Virus record (IMG/VR): IMGVR_UViG_3300025288_000008 | Location: 1 to 34,288 of that record | From: a virus | Lineage: Duplodnaviria > Caudoviricetes | Strand: one strand, 5' to 3' | Length of the DNA: 34,288 bases | In this document: piece after piece, positions 1 through 8,091 of the stretch | Layout of the letters: each line of letters opens with the position of its first letter | Position numbering within the stretch: the stretch's first letter is position 1 | Program-made: the position numbers and the translations under genes | Notes under the pieces: generated by a model | Databases searched by the model: none | What the model was told of the DNA's origin: nothing | What the model saw: only the letters and a program-made list of their open reading frames with translations

Positions 1-124
1 AAACGGGCAACCGCATGCCTAGGGGCTTTGCGGGGAATTTATGCTCTGAAACGCCCTAGGCATGCAAAACACGAAACGGGCAACCGCATGCCTAGGGGCT
101 TTGCGGGCGAAAACACATGATTTT
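1..124. repeat. Terminal direct repeat identical to 34165-34288 (circular assembly overlap)
   Basis: Base-by-base identity of the first and last 124 nt. Confidence 0.93.
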
Positions 125-282
125 TTTCTCTGAAACGCCCTAGGCATGCAAAACACGAAACGGGCAACCGCATGCCTAGGGGCTTTGCGGGCGAAAACAC
201 ATGATTTTTTTTGCATCCGAAAAACTTCTTTTTGGATAGAAAAAAACCTCACGTGATTCACGAAACGGGAAACGGAAACGGT
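1..282. repeat. Tandem 73/84-bp palindromic repeats plus GAAACGG(G) motifs; left part of putative replication origin
   Basis: Units start at 1, 74 and 158 (aaacgggcaaccgcatgcctaggggctttgcggg). The inverted pair GCATGCCTAGGG / CCCTAGGCATGC recurs. GAAACGG occurs three times at 262-281. The origin role is inferred. Confidence 0.8.
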
Positions 283-434
283 ACGTTTTTAGAAATAAAA
301 ATTACAGAAAATGATTAGCGTGAATATACGCTACACACATTTAAAAACATGTTAAAACTATGTATAATAGCTTGGTCTATAGAAGTATATGACACACATG
401 ATGGATACTGTCAATTTAATAAAGGAGTAACTAT

Positions 435-635
435 ATGTCAAAATTTATACCGTTGAATCAAGAAGTTAGAACACACATATCTACAAGAGAAGCAGCTTTT
501 CATTTAAACAGAAGAGATCAGACTTTACGCAAATGGGCATCTCTCGGGGTCGGTCTTGTGGAGCCGATACATGTTGGAAACCGACTGGCCTGGCCTGTCA
601 GAGAAATTAAAAAAATACTTGGGCTGGATGCTTGA
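435..635 (+). CDS. AlpA/excisionase-like HTH DNA-binding protein
   Basis: 66 aa; STREAAFHLNRRDQTLRKWA...RLAWPVREIKKIL pattern typical of MerR/Xis-like winged HTH; RBS AAGGAG at 422-427. Confidence 0.75.
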   Translation: MSKFIPLNQEVRTHISTREAAFHLNRRDQTLRKWASLGVGLVEPIHVGNRLAWPVREIKKILGLDA

Positions 636-660
636 CAGTAACTTTTATTACGAGTAGTAT
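632..660 (+). promoter_or_regulatory. sigma70-like promoter for the 701-1342 gene
   Basis: TTGACA (632-637), 17 bp spacer, TAGTAT (655-660). Confidence 0.55.
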
Positions 661-700
661 GATCGTCAATGCAAATTCGCATTGATAAAAGGAGAACGAA

Positions 701-1342
701 ATGAGTAATTTTTTTGGTTTGACACCGCAGGAAATGGCAGATGCAACTAGACTTAAATATGATGTTGTGTCAGTGCCAAGGATTTTTAGAGATGTTTTCG
801 GAGCTGATCATGTCGCTGGGTTTGCTGCTGATTTTGATCATGCGATTCTGTTTGATGATTTTGTGGTTCATGTTACTAAAGACGCGACGTACAATGTTTT
901 TAGTACAAGCTTTATCGATCCGTTTGTGCTTCGTGTAGCAGATGAAAATGGCGATAATTTTGTTCTTGACACTGGAGACATTTTCTCGGAGTTCGGTACA
1001 GATCATGTCGCTTTCAGGGCTGATTATTCTGGAGATGCTTTTGTTACTGCGAGTTGGGATCAGGGGTTTTTTAATAAAGATGTGGGCGTGTTCATTTTTG
1101 AAGATTTGGACACTGTTAACTTTTATGACAGGATTTTTAACTATGCAGAAGATTCTTATTCTGATTTATTTCCAGTCAACGTAGACACACAACAAATTCA
1201 AGGGTTTAATGCCAGAGTGTATAATGATCATTCTGCTCTTGGAGAAAAAAATGGCGATATTTTCTTTTACGATGGAGAAGATATTGAATTTGTTGGAGCA
1301 GCAGATTCTCTTCTGTTTGATGCTGTTTTTGCAGGTTTTTGA
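701..1342 (+). CDS. Very acidic Asp/Phe-rich protein; probable host-derived moron (beta-sandwich-like N-part, C-terminal DRIFNYAE..Y..LFP domain)
   Basis: 213-aa ORF with RBS AAGGAG, its own promoter and a downstream hairpin; T-rich codon usage; function unknown. Confidence 0.75.
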   Translation: MSNFFGLTPQEMADATRLKYDVVSVPRIFRDVFGADHVAGFAADFDHAILFDDFVVHVTKDATYNVFSTSFIDPFVLRVADENGDNFVLDTGDIFSEFGTDHVAFRADYSGDAFVTASWDQGFFNKDVGVFIFEDLDTVNFYDRIFNYAEDSYSDLFPVNVDTQQIQGFNARVYNDHSALGEKNGDIFFYDGEDIEFVGAADSLLFDAVFAGF

Positions 1343-1349
1343 TTAATCC

Positions 1350-1374
1350 ACCACGCCTCACGGCGTGGTATAAT
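1350..1374 (+). promoter_or_regulatory. Hairpin ACCACGCC-TCAC-GGCGTGGT overlapping an extended -10 element TGGTATAAT
   Basis: 8-bp perfect stem at 1350-1369; TGnTATAAT at 1366-1374 upstream of the structural operon. Confidence 0.5.
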
Positions 1375-1404
1375 TGGAAAAAGGAAAAAGGAAAGGAAAT
1401 AACT

Positions 1405-1605
1405 ATGTTGATAGAGACAAAAAAAGGCATGATTGACAGTGCACTACTTGATGTAAGAGATATAGTAACGACTGAAGATAATGCGCGTGTAATTTCTACA
1501 GAATGGTCGCTAAATGGCGATCTTGTGCGTCGCGATGTTTCTGTGAATATACTTCGCGGACTAGAGCTTTGTAATTCAATTAATGAGGATATAAATAATG
1601 GCTAA
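1405..1605 (+). CDS. Small hypothetical phage protein, first gene of the pre-terminase module
   Basis: ATG at 1405 after purine-rich AAGGAA is preferred over 1339; 66 aa; overlaps the next start. Confidence 0.7.
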   Translation: MLIETKKGMIDSALLDVRDIVTTEDNARVISTEWSLNGDLVRRDVSVNILRGLELCNSINEDINNG

Positions 1606-2068
1606 CACACAGGCAATAGCAAAAACTTTACGTGTTGATCTTTTGGACGGACTACATGCTTTTGGCCCAAGCGTTATCCGCGCTGGTACAACAGCAGATA
1701 GTTTTAACATGGCGCTTTATCTTGATACAGCAACGCTGGACGCAAACACGACAGCATATACAGCGACAGGCGAACTCGCAGCTACAGGCGGCTATACTGC
1801 TGGCGGCAAAACGGTTGCTAATGCAACGGCTCCGGCGAATACAGGGGGCACCGGTATTGTTGCGTTTTGGACTCCGTCAGCCGCAGTATCGTGGACTTCT
1901 TTCACGTCCAGCGGCTCTTTTGATGCATGTCTGCTTTATAACAATACAAGCGCAGGCAAGAATGCTGTTGCAGTTTTCACTTTTGGCGCACAGTCTGTGA
2001 CTGCTGGTACTTTTAATATAAATATGCCGACAAACGATCTTGCAACTGGGTTAATCAGAATTTCTTGA
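1598..2068 (+). CDS. Putative virion structural protein (fibre/decoration subunit)
   Basis: 156 aa, Ala/Thr/Gly-rich; F.MALY..TATL.A.TTAYT...GYTAGG..L/V and C-terminal LIRIS resemble a widespread uncharacterised phage structural family; RBS GAGG. Confidence 0.6.
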   Translation: MANTQAIAKTLRVDLLDGLHAFGPSVIRAGTTADSFNMALYLDTATLDANTTAYTATGELAATGGYTAGGKTVANATAPANTGGTGIVAFWTPSAAVSWTSFTSSGSFDACLLYNNTSAGKNAVAVFTFGAQSVTAGTFNINMPTNDLATGLIRIS

Positions 2069-2082
2069 CATGGAGATGAATT

Positions 2083-2526
2083 ATGTCGGCAGTTTTAAAC
2101 AGAAATACAAAGGAGTTAAAGAAGTCAGTCAATGAACCGGATTATCCTGTTGCAGACTGGATACACAACCCGGACTTGAGCGCTGTTGATGGTTTTCAGT
2201 CGAAATATTGGGTGATTTCAGGGGATTCTGTCAGCTTGATGGACTTAGCGAATAGAGACGCGGTAGATGCAGCAGAGCTTGCAGCAAGCAGGAATTCTTC
2301 GGTTGCATCGTTACTTGATGAAGAAAGTATAACGAGAGCTGTTTCGCTTCGTATTTTTGACGAGTTTTCTATACATGCTGATCGCATTAATTTTTTAATT
2401 TCTTCAATTCAAAACTCTTCGAACATGACAGAGCTAAAAGCTGCGTTAGCATCTGTTCAGCCTATTCCGCGGAAAATCATCGCGGACGTTATTACAGAAG
2501 TAAGTAGTAAACTTGGGGTTAAATAA
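2083..2526 (+). CDS. Hypothetical protein, possibly fibre-assembly chaperone-like
   Basis: 147 aa; RBS GGAG; PDLSAV...KYW.I.GD.V..M pattern followed by a helical C-terminus. Confidence 0.55.
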   Translation: MSAVLNRNTKELKKSVNEPDYPVADWIHNPDLSAVDGFQSKYWVISGDSVSLMDLANRDAVDAAELAASRNSSVASLLDEESITRAVSLRIFDEFSIHADRINFLISSIQNSSNMTELKAALASVQPIPRKIIADVITEVSSKLGVK

Positions 2527-3011
2527 TGGCGACAGCAGAGATTATATTACCGTTGCTTGGCGGAGTGCGCGATTCTAATGATCCTCCAGGACTTCTGTTC
2601 ACATTGGCAGGTCGTCCTTATCTTGCTTTTGACAGTGCGACTGATGAGTTGTTGCTTTGGTCTTTCAGATTGCCGGATAATTATGCAAGTGGATTAACGA
2701 TAAAGTGCCAATATTCCATGGCATCATCAACCATTGATAACGTTGCGATACGAACGCAGGTTATGGCCGTTGCTGCTGCTGCGGATATTCTTACAGATAG
2801 CTTCGATATTCTTGATAAGTCTTCTGATTCAATTGTGCCAACAACCGCCGGCATTATGAAAGAAATTACCCATGCACTGACAAATATTGATGATGCGGCC
2901 GCTGGTAGTTATCTATCTCTTCAACTTGGAAGAGAAAATACAACGACTGGTGTAAACTCGTCCGGTGACATGTTTTTGTGGGCTACTTCTATTGTTTACA
3001 CGACTATATAA
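2526..3011 (+). CDS. Hypothetical beta-sandwich structural protein
   Basis: 161 aa; coupled by TAATG overlap; LAFD...E...WSFRLP..Y pattern seen in fibre-tip jelly-roll domains (inference). Confidence 0.55.
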   Translation: MATAEIILPLLGGVRDSNDPPGLLFTLAGRPYLAFDSATDELLLWSFRLPDNYASGLTIKCQYSMASSTIDNVAIRTQVMAVAAAADILTDSFDILDKSSDSIVPTTAGIMKEITHALTNIDDAAAGSYLSLQLGRENTTTGVNSSGDMFLWATSIVYTTI

Positions 3012-4682
3012 ATGTCAGTAGATTTTCTGACAGGCAATACATCACGTTACTATACAGTACCTGATAGTTCTGACTTTACACTACCGGACTCAGACTGGGC
3101 CTGGGTTGTATCGGGTGTATCGACAAATACTAGTGGCAGTCATTTTTGTGTCAGCACTGGCAGTCTTGGTTCTTCTTACAATTTATATTTTTCGGATGGC
3201 GGAATTCCCACAAGTTCATATAAAGGACTAGTTGCACAAAATGTAAATGCTCCTGTATTTATCAACGAACCGTTTATTTTGTGTGGCAGGCGTATCAACG
3301 GACTTATGGATGTTGCCCACGTTCATATTGGTGAATCAACGATTCACAAGAAAGGAGCAATAAATCTTGCTGGGACTACAAGTGATGCCGGGGCTGTACG
3401 CATAGGTGATAACTCGTTCGGCGGTAATTTTTTCAACGGCCAGATTACATACGTCGCTCTTGTTAAAAACGGGTTTATTTCTGATGATGATCTGATAGCG
3501 ATGGCAAATGGTGCGTCACTGCTTTCTATGTCTTTTGCGCCAAAAATTGCAGAGATTTTTCATTTACGGTCTTCGATTACTTCTGTCACAACGGGGTTAA
3601 TTAATGGTCATGTAGCATCAAGAGTAGGGACAGGTTACGGCACAGATACAACGGATTTATCGAGTGTATACACAGGTGATGTTTATCTTCTTAATGCTAC
3701 TGCTGCCAGCGGTGATACCAACATATCTCTTACTGGTCAAGGTTTAAGCTTTAGTCAGGGGTTGGTTGCAGGTAGCATTGATGTTGGGTTGATTGGTCAA
3801 GAGTTAAATGTTGGGCAGGGATTGCTTGGCAGTGGTGTTGATGTTGGGTTGATTGGTCAAGGGTTAAGCGTTGGGCAAGGGTTATTGTCGGGTAACGTTG
3901 ATATTGGGTTGATTGGACAAGGGTTAAGTGTTGGTCAAGGATTGCTTGGCAGTGGTGTTGATGTTGGGTTGATTGGTCAAGGGTTAAATGTTGGTCAGGG
4001 GTTATTGTCGGGTAACGTTGATGTTGGGTTGATTGGACAAGGTTTAAGCGTTGGCCAGGGGTTTGTAACTGTCCCTGGAGTTGTTAATGTTACACTTGAT
4101 GGACAATCGTTAAGCGTCGGGCAAGGGTTATTGTTTGGTGGCGCTGATGTTACACTTGATGGACAGTCGTTAAGCGTTGGCCAGGGGTTTGTTGTTGGTG
4201 AGGTTCCCGCTCCTGGGGTTTTTAACATTACACTGACTGGGCAAACCCTGGGCGTTGTCCAGGGGATATTGGCTGGTGGCGTTTATGTTGGGTTGACGGG
4301 TCAAGGGTTAAGTGTTGATCAAGGGTCGGTGTTTGGTAGTCTTGATGTTGGGTTGACGGGTCAAGGGTTAAATATTGATCAAGGGTTACTTGGCAATAGT
4401 CTTGATGTTGTACTGACTGGACTCGATTTGGGTGTAGATCAAGGGGTTGTTGTTGGTGAGGTTCCGGCTCCTGGGGTTATTAATGTTACACTTGCTGGAC
4501 TTGATTTGAGCCTTGGTCAAGGGGTAGTATCTCTCTCTGGCATAAGCAACGTGGCACTTTTGGGACTGGATTTGGGATTGGGTCAAGGTTCTGTCGTTGG
4601 ATTTGTAAGTGGAGCAAGTTTGCCTTCAGTTGTGGATATAATTGTTGGATTGGCGGTAACTAACATAGAGGTATCGGGATGA
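3012..4682 (+). CDS. LamG/ConA-like lectin domain plus about 14 x 20-aa repeat protein (putative fibre)
   Basis: N-terminal VPDSSDFTL...W.W...VRIG...FFNGQI..V motif is LamG-like; C-terminal repeats V.V.L.GQ.L.V.QG. Confidence 0.65.
   Translation: MSVDFLTGNTSRYYTVPDSSDFTLPDSDWAWVVSGVSTNTSGSHFCVSTGSLGSSYNLYFSDGGIPTSSYKGLVAQNVNAPVFINEPFILCGRRINGLMDVAHVHIGESTIHKKGAINLAGTTSDAGAVRIGDNSFGGNFFNGQITYVALVKNGFISDDDLIAMANGASLLSMSFAPKIAEIFHLRSSITSVTTGLINGHVASRVGTGYGTDTTDLSSVYTGDVYLLNATAASGDTNISLTGQGLSFSQGLVAGSIDVGLIGQELNVGQGLLGSGVDVGLIGQGLSVGQGLLSGNVDIGLIGQGLSVGQGLLGSGVDVGLIGQGLNVGQGLLSGNVDVGLIGQGLSVGQGFVTVPGVVNVTLDGQSLSVGQGLLFGGADVTLDGQSLSVGQGFVVGEVPAPGVFNITLTGQTLGVVQGILAGGVYVGLTGQGLSVDQGSVFGSLDVGLTGQGLNIDQGLLGNSLDVVLTGLDLGVDQGVVVGEVPAPGVINVTLAGLDLSLGQGVVSLSGISNVALLGLDLGLGQGSVVGFVSGASLPSVVDIIVGLAVTNIEVSG
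3718..4610 (+). repeat. 60-bp coding tandem repeat (about 14 units, G/T-rich)
   Basis: gatgttgggttgattggtcaagggttaa... recurs near 3780, 3840, 3900, 3960 and 4020 with alternating 120-bp superperiod; later units are more diverged. Confidence 0.9.
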
Positions 4683-4981
4683 CATTAAAATTATACACAA
4701 ATACAGATGTGCTTATAACTCTAATCCCGGGAACCGGTTTTATCATGACTGATGTTGTATTTGTATCTGTAAATTTCACAAAAATAGATGGCACTGCGTC
4801 TTTAACGCTTACGTCTGGAACATCGGCAGTTGTGCTCGGAAGTTCAAGCATTGATGTTAATATCCCGGATTCCGGGGGAATTGATCAAGCAGGTGTGTAT
4901 AAACTAAGAGTTACAATGATTGATACCGTCGGAAATATTCGCGGGTTAACACCCGACACAGAAAATTTAATTTTTTATTAA
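4679..4981 (+). CDS. Hypothetical 100-aa beta-rich protein (adaptor/Ig-like?)
   Basis: ATGA overlap with the upstream gene; alternating hydrophobic strands and a GVYKLRV motif. Confidence 0.55.
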   Translation: MTLKLYTNTDVLITLIPGTGFIMTDVVFVSVNFTKIDGTASLTLTSGTSAVVLGSSSIDVNIPDSGGIDQAGVYKLRVTMIDTVGNIRGLTPDTENLIFY

Positions 4982-4982
4982 A

Positions 4983-5429
4983 ATGCCTAGACTTATATAT
5001 AGCAAAGAGTCTGTATTAGCAGACTGGAAAACCGGAAAGTATACGATGAAAGATTTATCATCAAAGCACAGAATATCAACAGCTACTGTGCATAGACTTG
5101 TGTCTGGTGTTGAAAAAACAATAGGGGTTCTCGTGAATAAACAGTTAGAAATAAATCAGGAGCTTGCTCAACACAGCGAGAAAGAGGTAAATTTATTTAG
5201 ATACGAAGTAGAAGACAGAACGAAATACATAAAGTTTTTTAACAATGCAGCTATAAAAAACACAGAGCAGGCAATGCTTGCAGATTGCAACGGACAAAAT
5301 GACTATCGCACAAGAGCAGAGACAATATCAAAAGGTCGAGAGGTTGTGCTCGGAAAGACACCGGATGTAACAATTAATAATACCAATGCACAGACTGATA
5401 CAAAGATATCTTACGAGATAGTACGCTGA
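4983..5429 (+). CDS. terS: Terminase small subunit
   Basis: N-terminal HTH (WKTGKYTMKDLSSKHRISTATV), helical middle, C-terminal INNTNAQ...ISYEIV; lies directly before TerL. Confidence 0.75.
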   Translation: MPRLIYSKESVLADWKTGKYTMKDLSSKHRISTATVHRLVSGVEKTIGVLVNKQLEINQELAQHSEKEVNLFRYEVEDRTKYIKFFNNAAIKNTEQAMLADCNGQNDYRTRAETISKGREVVLGKTPDVTINNTNAQTDTKISYEIVR

Positions 5430-6688
5430 GAATAAAGCTTACAGAACCGCAGGCGGATTTTGTTTTTAGTGAGCACGCTCACCCGCTGATGTGCGGTGGG
5501 CTTGGCAGTGGTAAAAGTGAAGCTGCTACTTTGCGTCTTGTTCATCTTGTCACGCAAGACCCTGGAATTGATGTGTCACATTTCTTCCCTTCATACAGAC
5601 TTGCAAAACGTCGGGGCTTTAACGGTACTGTAAATCACTTAAAAAAGCTTGGATTAAAATTCATTGTCAACAAGTCAGACCTGACGATTTTCATTCCACA
5701 GCTCGGCAGCACAATCTATCTTGAAACCTATCATGATCCTGATGCAATTATTGCATACGAGATATCGCACGCAGTTATTGATGAGCTAGACACTGTCAGC
5801 TATGAAACTGCTGAACACGTTTGGAGAAAAGTAACTGAGCGCGTACGTCAGAAATGCACACATAAATCAGGTAACACTATAGGATGTGTAACAACCCCAG
5901 ATCATGGTACGTCAGGTTTTTGCTATGCAACATGGGGAGAAGGTCAAAATGTAGATGATGGATATCACTACATAAAAGCAGGCACAAGATCAAACAGTTT
6001 TTTGCCCGAGGGATACGTTGATCAGATCGCTAAAAATTACGATCCGATTATGTTTGAAGCATTTATCCACGGCGGGTGGGTATCTTTTACACAAAACAAG
6101 ATTTATCATTTCTTTGATAGAACAAAACATGATACTGATCGTACAATAACAGCTTTCGACACGCTGCTGCATATTGGATTAGATTTTAATGTTGGCGGAT
6201 GTTGTGCGGTTGTTTTTGTTGTTGAAAATAATAACATTATTGCAGTTGATGAGTTTACAAGTTACGATACGAGAGATTTTGTGAATAATCTTTCAAGATA
6301 TGCAGGAAAAAAAATTATCGTTTATCCCGACGCTAGCGGCGGGAGCAGGCACACAAACGCCACAGAATCAGATTTGAGTATTATTACAAGATCAGGTTTT
6401 CAGGTTTTGGCTCATTCATCTAATCCGTCAGTTAGAGACAGAATCAATGCAGTCAACGGTTTGCTAGCGAATAACAGAATTAAGATAAACACTTCTAAAT
6501 GTCAGAATTTAACGAACGCGCTAGAAACGCAGGGATATACTGAGCGCGGAGAACCTGAAAAATGGAGCAAACATCCGGCGACAGACGATTGGACAGATGC
6601 GGCAGGGTACATGATAAATCATAAATATCCTGTGCGGATAAACACAACGAGAACAGCGATAGTTAGCGGAGCACTAAAACAAGGCTAA
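5426..6688 (+). CDS. terL: Terminase large subunit (true start probably CTG at 5426, upstream of the listed ATG 5489)
   Basis: Walker A GGLGSGKS, Walker B AVIDELD, VTTP coupling motif, RNase H-like IGLDFN and YPDASG; in-frame upstream LRIKLTEPQ. Confidence 0.92.
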   Translation: MRIKLTEPQADFVFSEHAHPLMCGGLGSGKSEAATLRLVHLVTQDPGIDVSHFFPSYRLAKRRGFNGTVNHLKKLGLKFIVNKSDLTIFIPQLGSTIYLETYHDPDAIIAYEISHAVIDELDTVSYETAEHVWRKVTERVRQKCTHKSGNTIGCVTTPDHGTSGFCYATWGEGQNVDDGYHYIKAGTRSNSFLPEGYVDQIAKNYDPIMFEAFIHGGWVSFTQNKIYHFFDRTKHDTDRTITAFDTLLHIGLDFNVGGCCAVVFVVENNNIIAVDEFTSYDTRDFVNNLSRYAGKKIIVYPDASGGSRHTNATESDLSIITRSGFQVLAHSSNPSVRDRINAVNGLLANNRIKINTSKCQNLTNALETQGYTERGEPEKWSKHPATDDWTDAAGYMINHKYPVRINTTRTAIVSGALKQG

Positions 6689-6690
6689 AA

Positions 6691-8091
6691 ATGAACATAA
6701 CAATCAAGCACAAAGATTATATCAATATGCAAACGCGCTGGGAGATGTGCCGCGCGGCTGCAGAAGGTGAACACGCGGTTCATGAAAAAGGAGAAATGTT
6801 CTTGCCCAGGCTTGAGAACGAATCTGCACGAGCATATCAGACAAGACTAAAAATGACTCCGTTTTTCAATGGTGTGTGGAGAACAATTAGTGGATTGAAA
6901 GGAATGATTTTTCGCAAGCGGCCGATTATTGAAGTGCCGACGGCACTAGATAATTTGTTAGAAGATATTGACCTGGGCGGGACTTTTTTTGATACTTTAT
7001 TGCAACGTGTTACTGAAGAATCACTGACAGTAGGGCGCGTCGGTCTGCTTGTAGATTATCCTTTTGTCAAAGAAGGAATGACATTAGCAGATGCTGCATC
7101 TTCTTCTACACATTCTTACGTAAAGCTGTATAAAGCAGAAAGTATATACAACTGGAGTGTCGAGAAAATAGAAGGACGCGTAAATCTTGCACGAGTGTAT
7201 CTTGAAGAATCAATAGAGATTCGTGACAAAAAAGACGAATTCAAAGTTGAAGAAGATAAACGTTACAGAATTCTTGATATTTTCGGCGGCGTGTATCGGC
7301 AAAGATTATTCAAGATTGATGGAGATAAAGCAGTTTTGCTTGATGAAGTGTTTCCTAAAATGAACGGTAAATTTATGTCATTTATACCATTTCTTGTGAT
7401 CGGTACAGATGATATCGGCATGGACGTAGACGCTCCGCCTCTAATCGATCTGGTAACTACAAATTTTCATCACTATCTGCAAGCAACGAGCTATGAGCGC
7501 GGCTGCTTTTTTAGCGGATTGCCGACAATGTTCATTAGTGGGGTTGATTCGCTGGATCAGGAAGGTAATCCCGTGGAAATCAGCATCGGCGGGGCTTTTG
7601 CTAATATATTGCCGCGGCCTGAGGCGAAAGCCTATTTTGTTGAAGTTGCAAGCGAATTTAACGCACTAAGAACAAATCTTGAAGACAAAAAAAGAGAAAT
7701 GGCCGTTCTTGGAGCAAGGATGCTTGAGCAACAAAAATCTTCAGTTGAATCGGCTGACACTATATCAAAAAGACAGTTTGGAGAAGAGTCTACGCTTGCA
7801 GCGATATCAATCACAATAAGTAATGGAATGACAAGGGTTTTGCGTTGGTTGGCTGATTGGGAGAACGTTACAGGAGATATAAAAATAAATCTTAATACAG
7901 ACTTTATGCCAAGTAAAATGTCATATCAAGATATGACTGCTTTAGTGAGCGCGTGGCAGTCCGGGGCTTTTTCTACAGAGATTCTTTTCAGTAATCTGCA
8001 ATCAGGCGAGATAATTCCAGTCGAAGTAAGCTTTGAAGAAGAACAAGAAAGGATTAAAAGTGCATCGCCTTTATTTGCACCGCAGATATGA
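6691..8091 (+). CDS. Portal protein (DUF4055-like)
   Basis: 466 aa directly after TerL; FLPRL..ES..AY..RL, GRVGLLVDYP and PPLIDL motifs. Confidence 0.88.
   Translation: MNITIKHKDYINMQTRWEMCRAAAEGEHAVHEKGEMFLPRLENESARAYQTRLKMTPFFNGVWRTISGLKGMIFRKRPIIEVPTALDNLLEDIDLGGTFFDTLLQRVTEESLTVGRVGLLVDYPFVKEGMTLADAASSSTHSYVKLYKAESIYNWSVEKIEGRVNLARVYLEESIEIRDKKDEFKVEEDKRYRILDIFGGVYRQRLFKIDGDKAVLLDEVFPKMNGKFMSFIPFLVIGTDDIGMDVDAPPLIDLVTTNFHHYLQATSYERGCFFSGLPTMFISGVDSLDQEGNPVEISIGGAFANILPRPEAKAYFVEVASEFNALRTNLEDKKREMAVLGARMLEQQKSSVESADTISKRQFGEESTLAAISITISNGMTRVLRWLADWENVTGDIKINLNTDFMPSKMSYQDMTALVSAWQSGAFSTEILFSNLQSGEIIPVEVSFEEEQERIKSASPLFAPQI

Noticed and set aside
1-212. Palindromic repeats as a CRISPR array
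   Set aside because: The constant part is about 64 bp, the variable parts are only 9-20 bp and repeat identically, and there are no cas genes
19-261. 80-aa minus-strand ORF
   Set aside because: It is a translation of the tandem repeat, with duplicated peptide and no convincing RBS
2065-2095. Promoter at TTGACA 2065
   Set aside because: No -10 element at a suitable spacing; the hexamer coincides with a stop codon
3718-4610. Repeats as the template/variable pair of a diversity-generating retroelement
   Set aside because: No reverse transcriptase is present, and the differences are tandem and not adenine-specific
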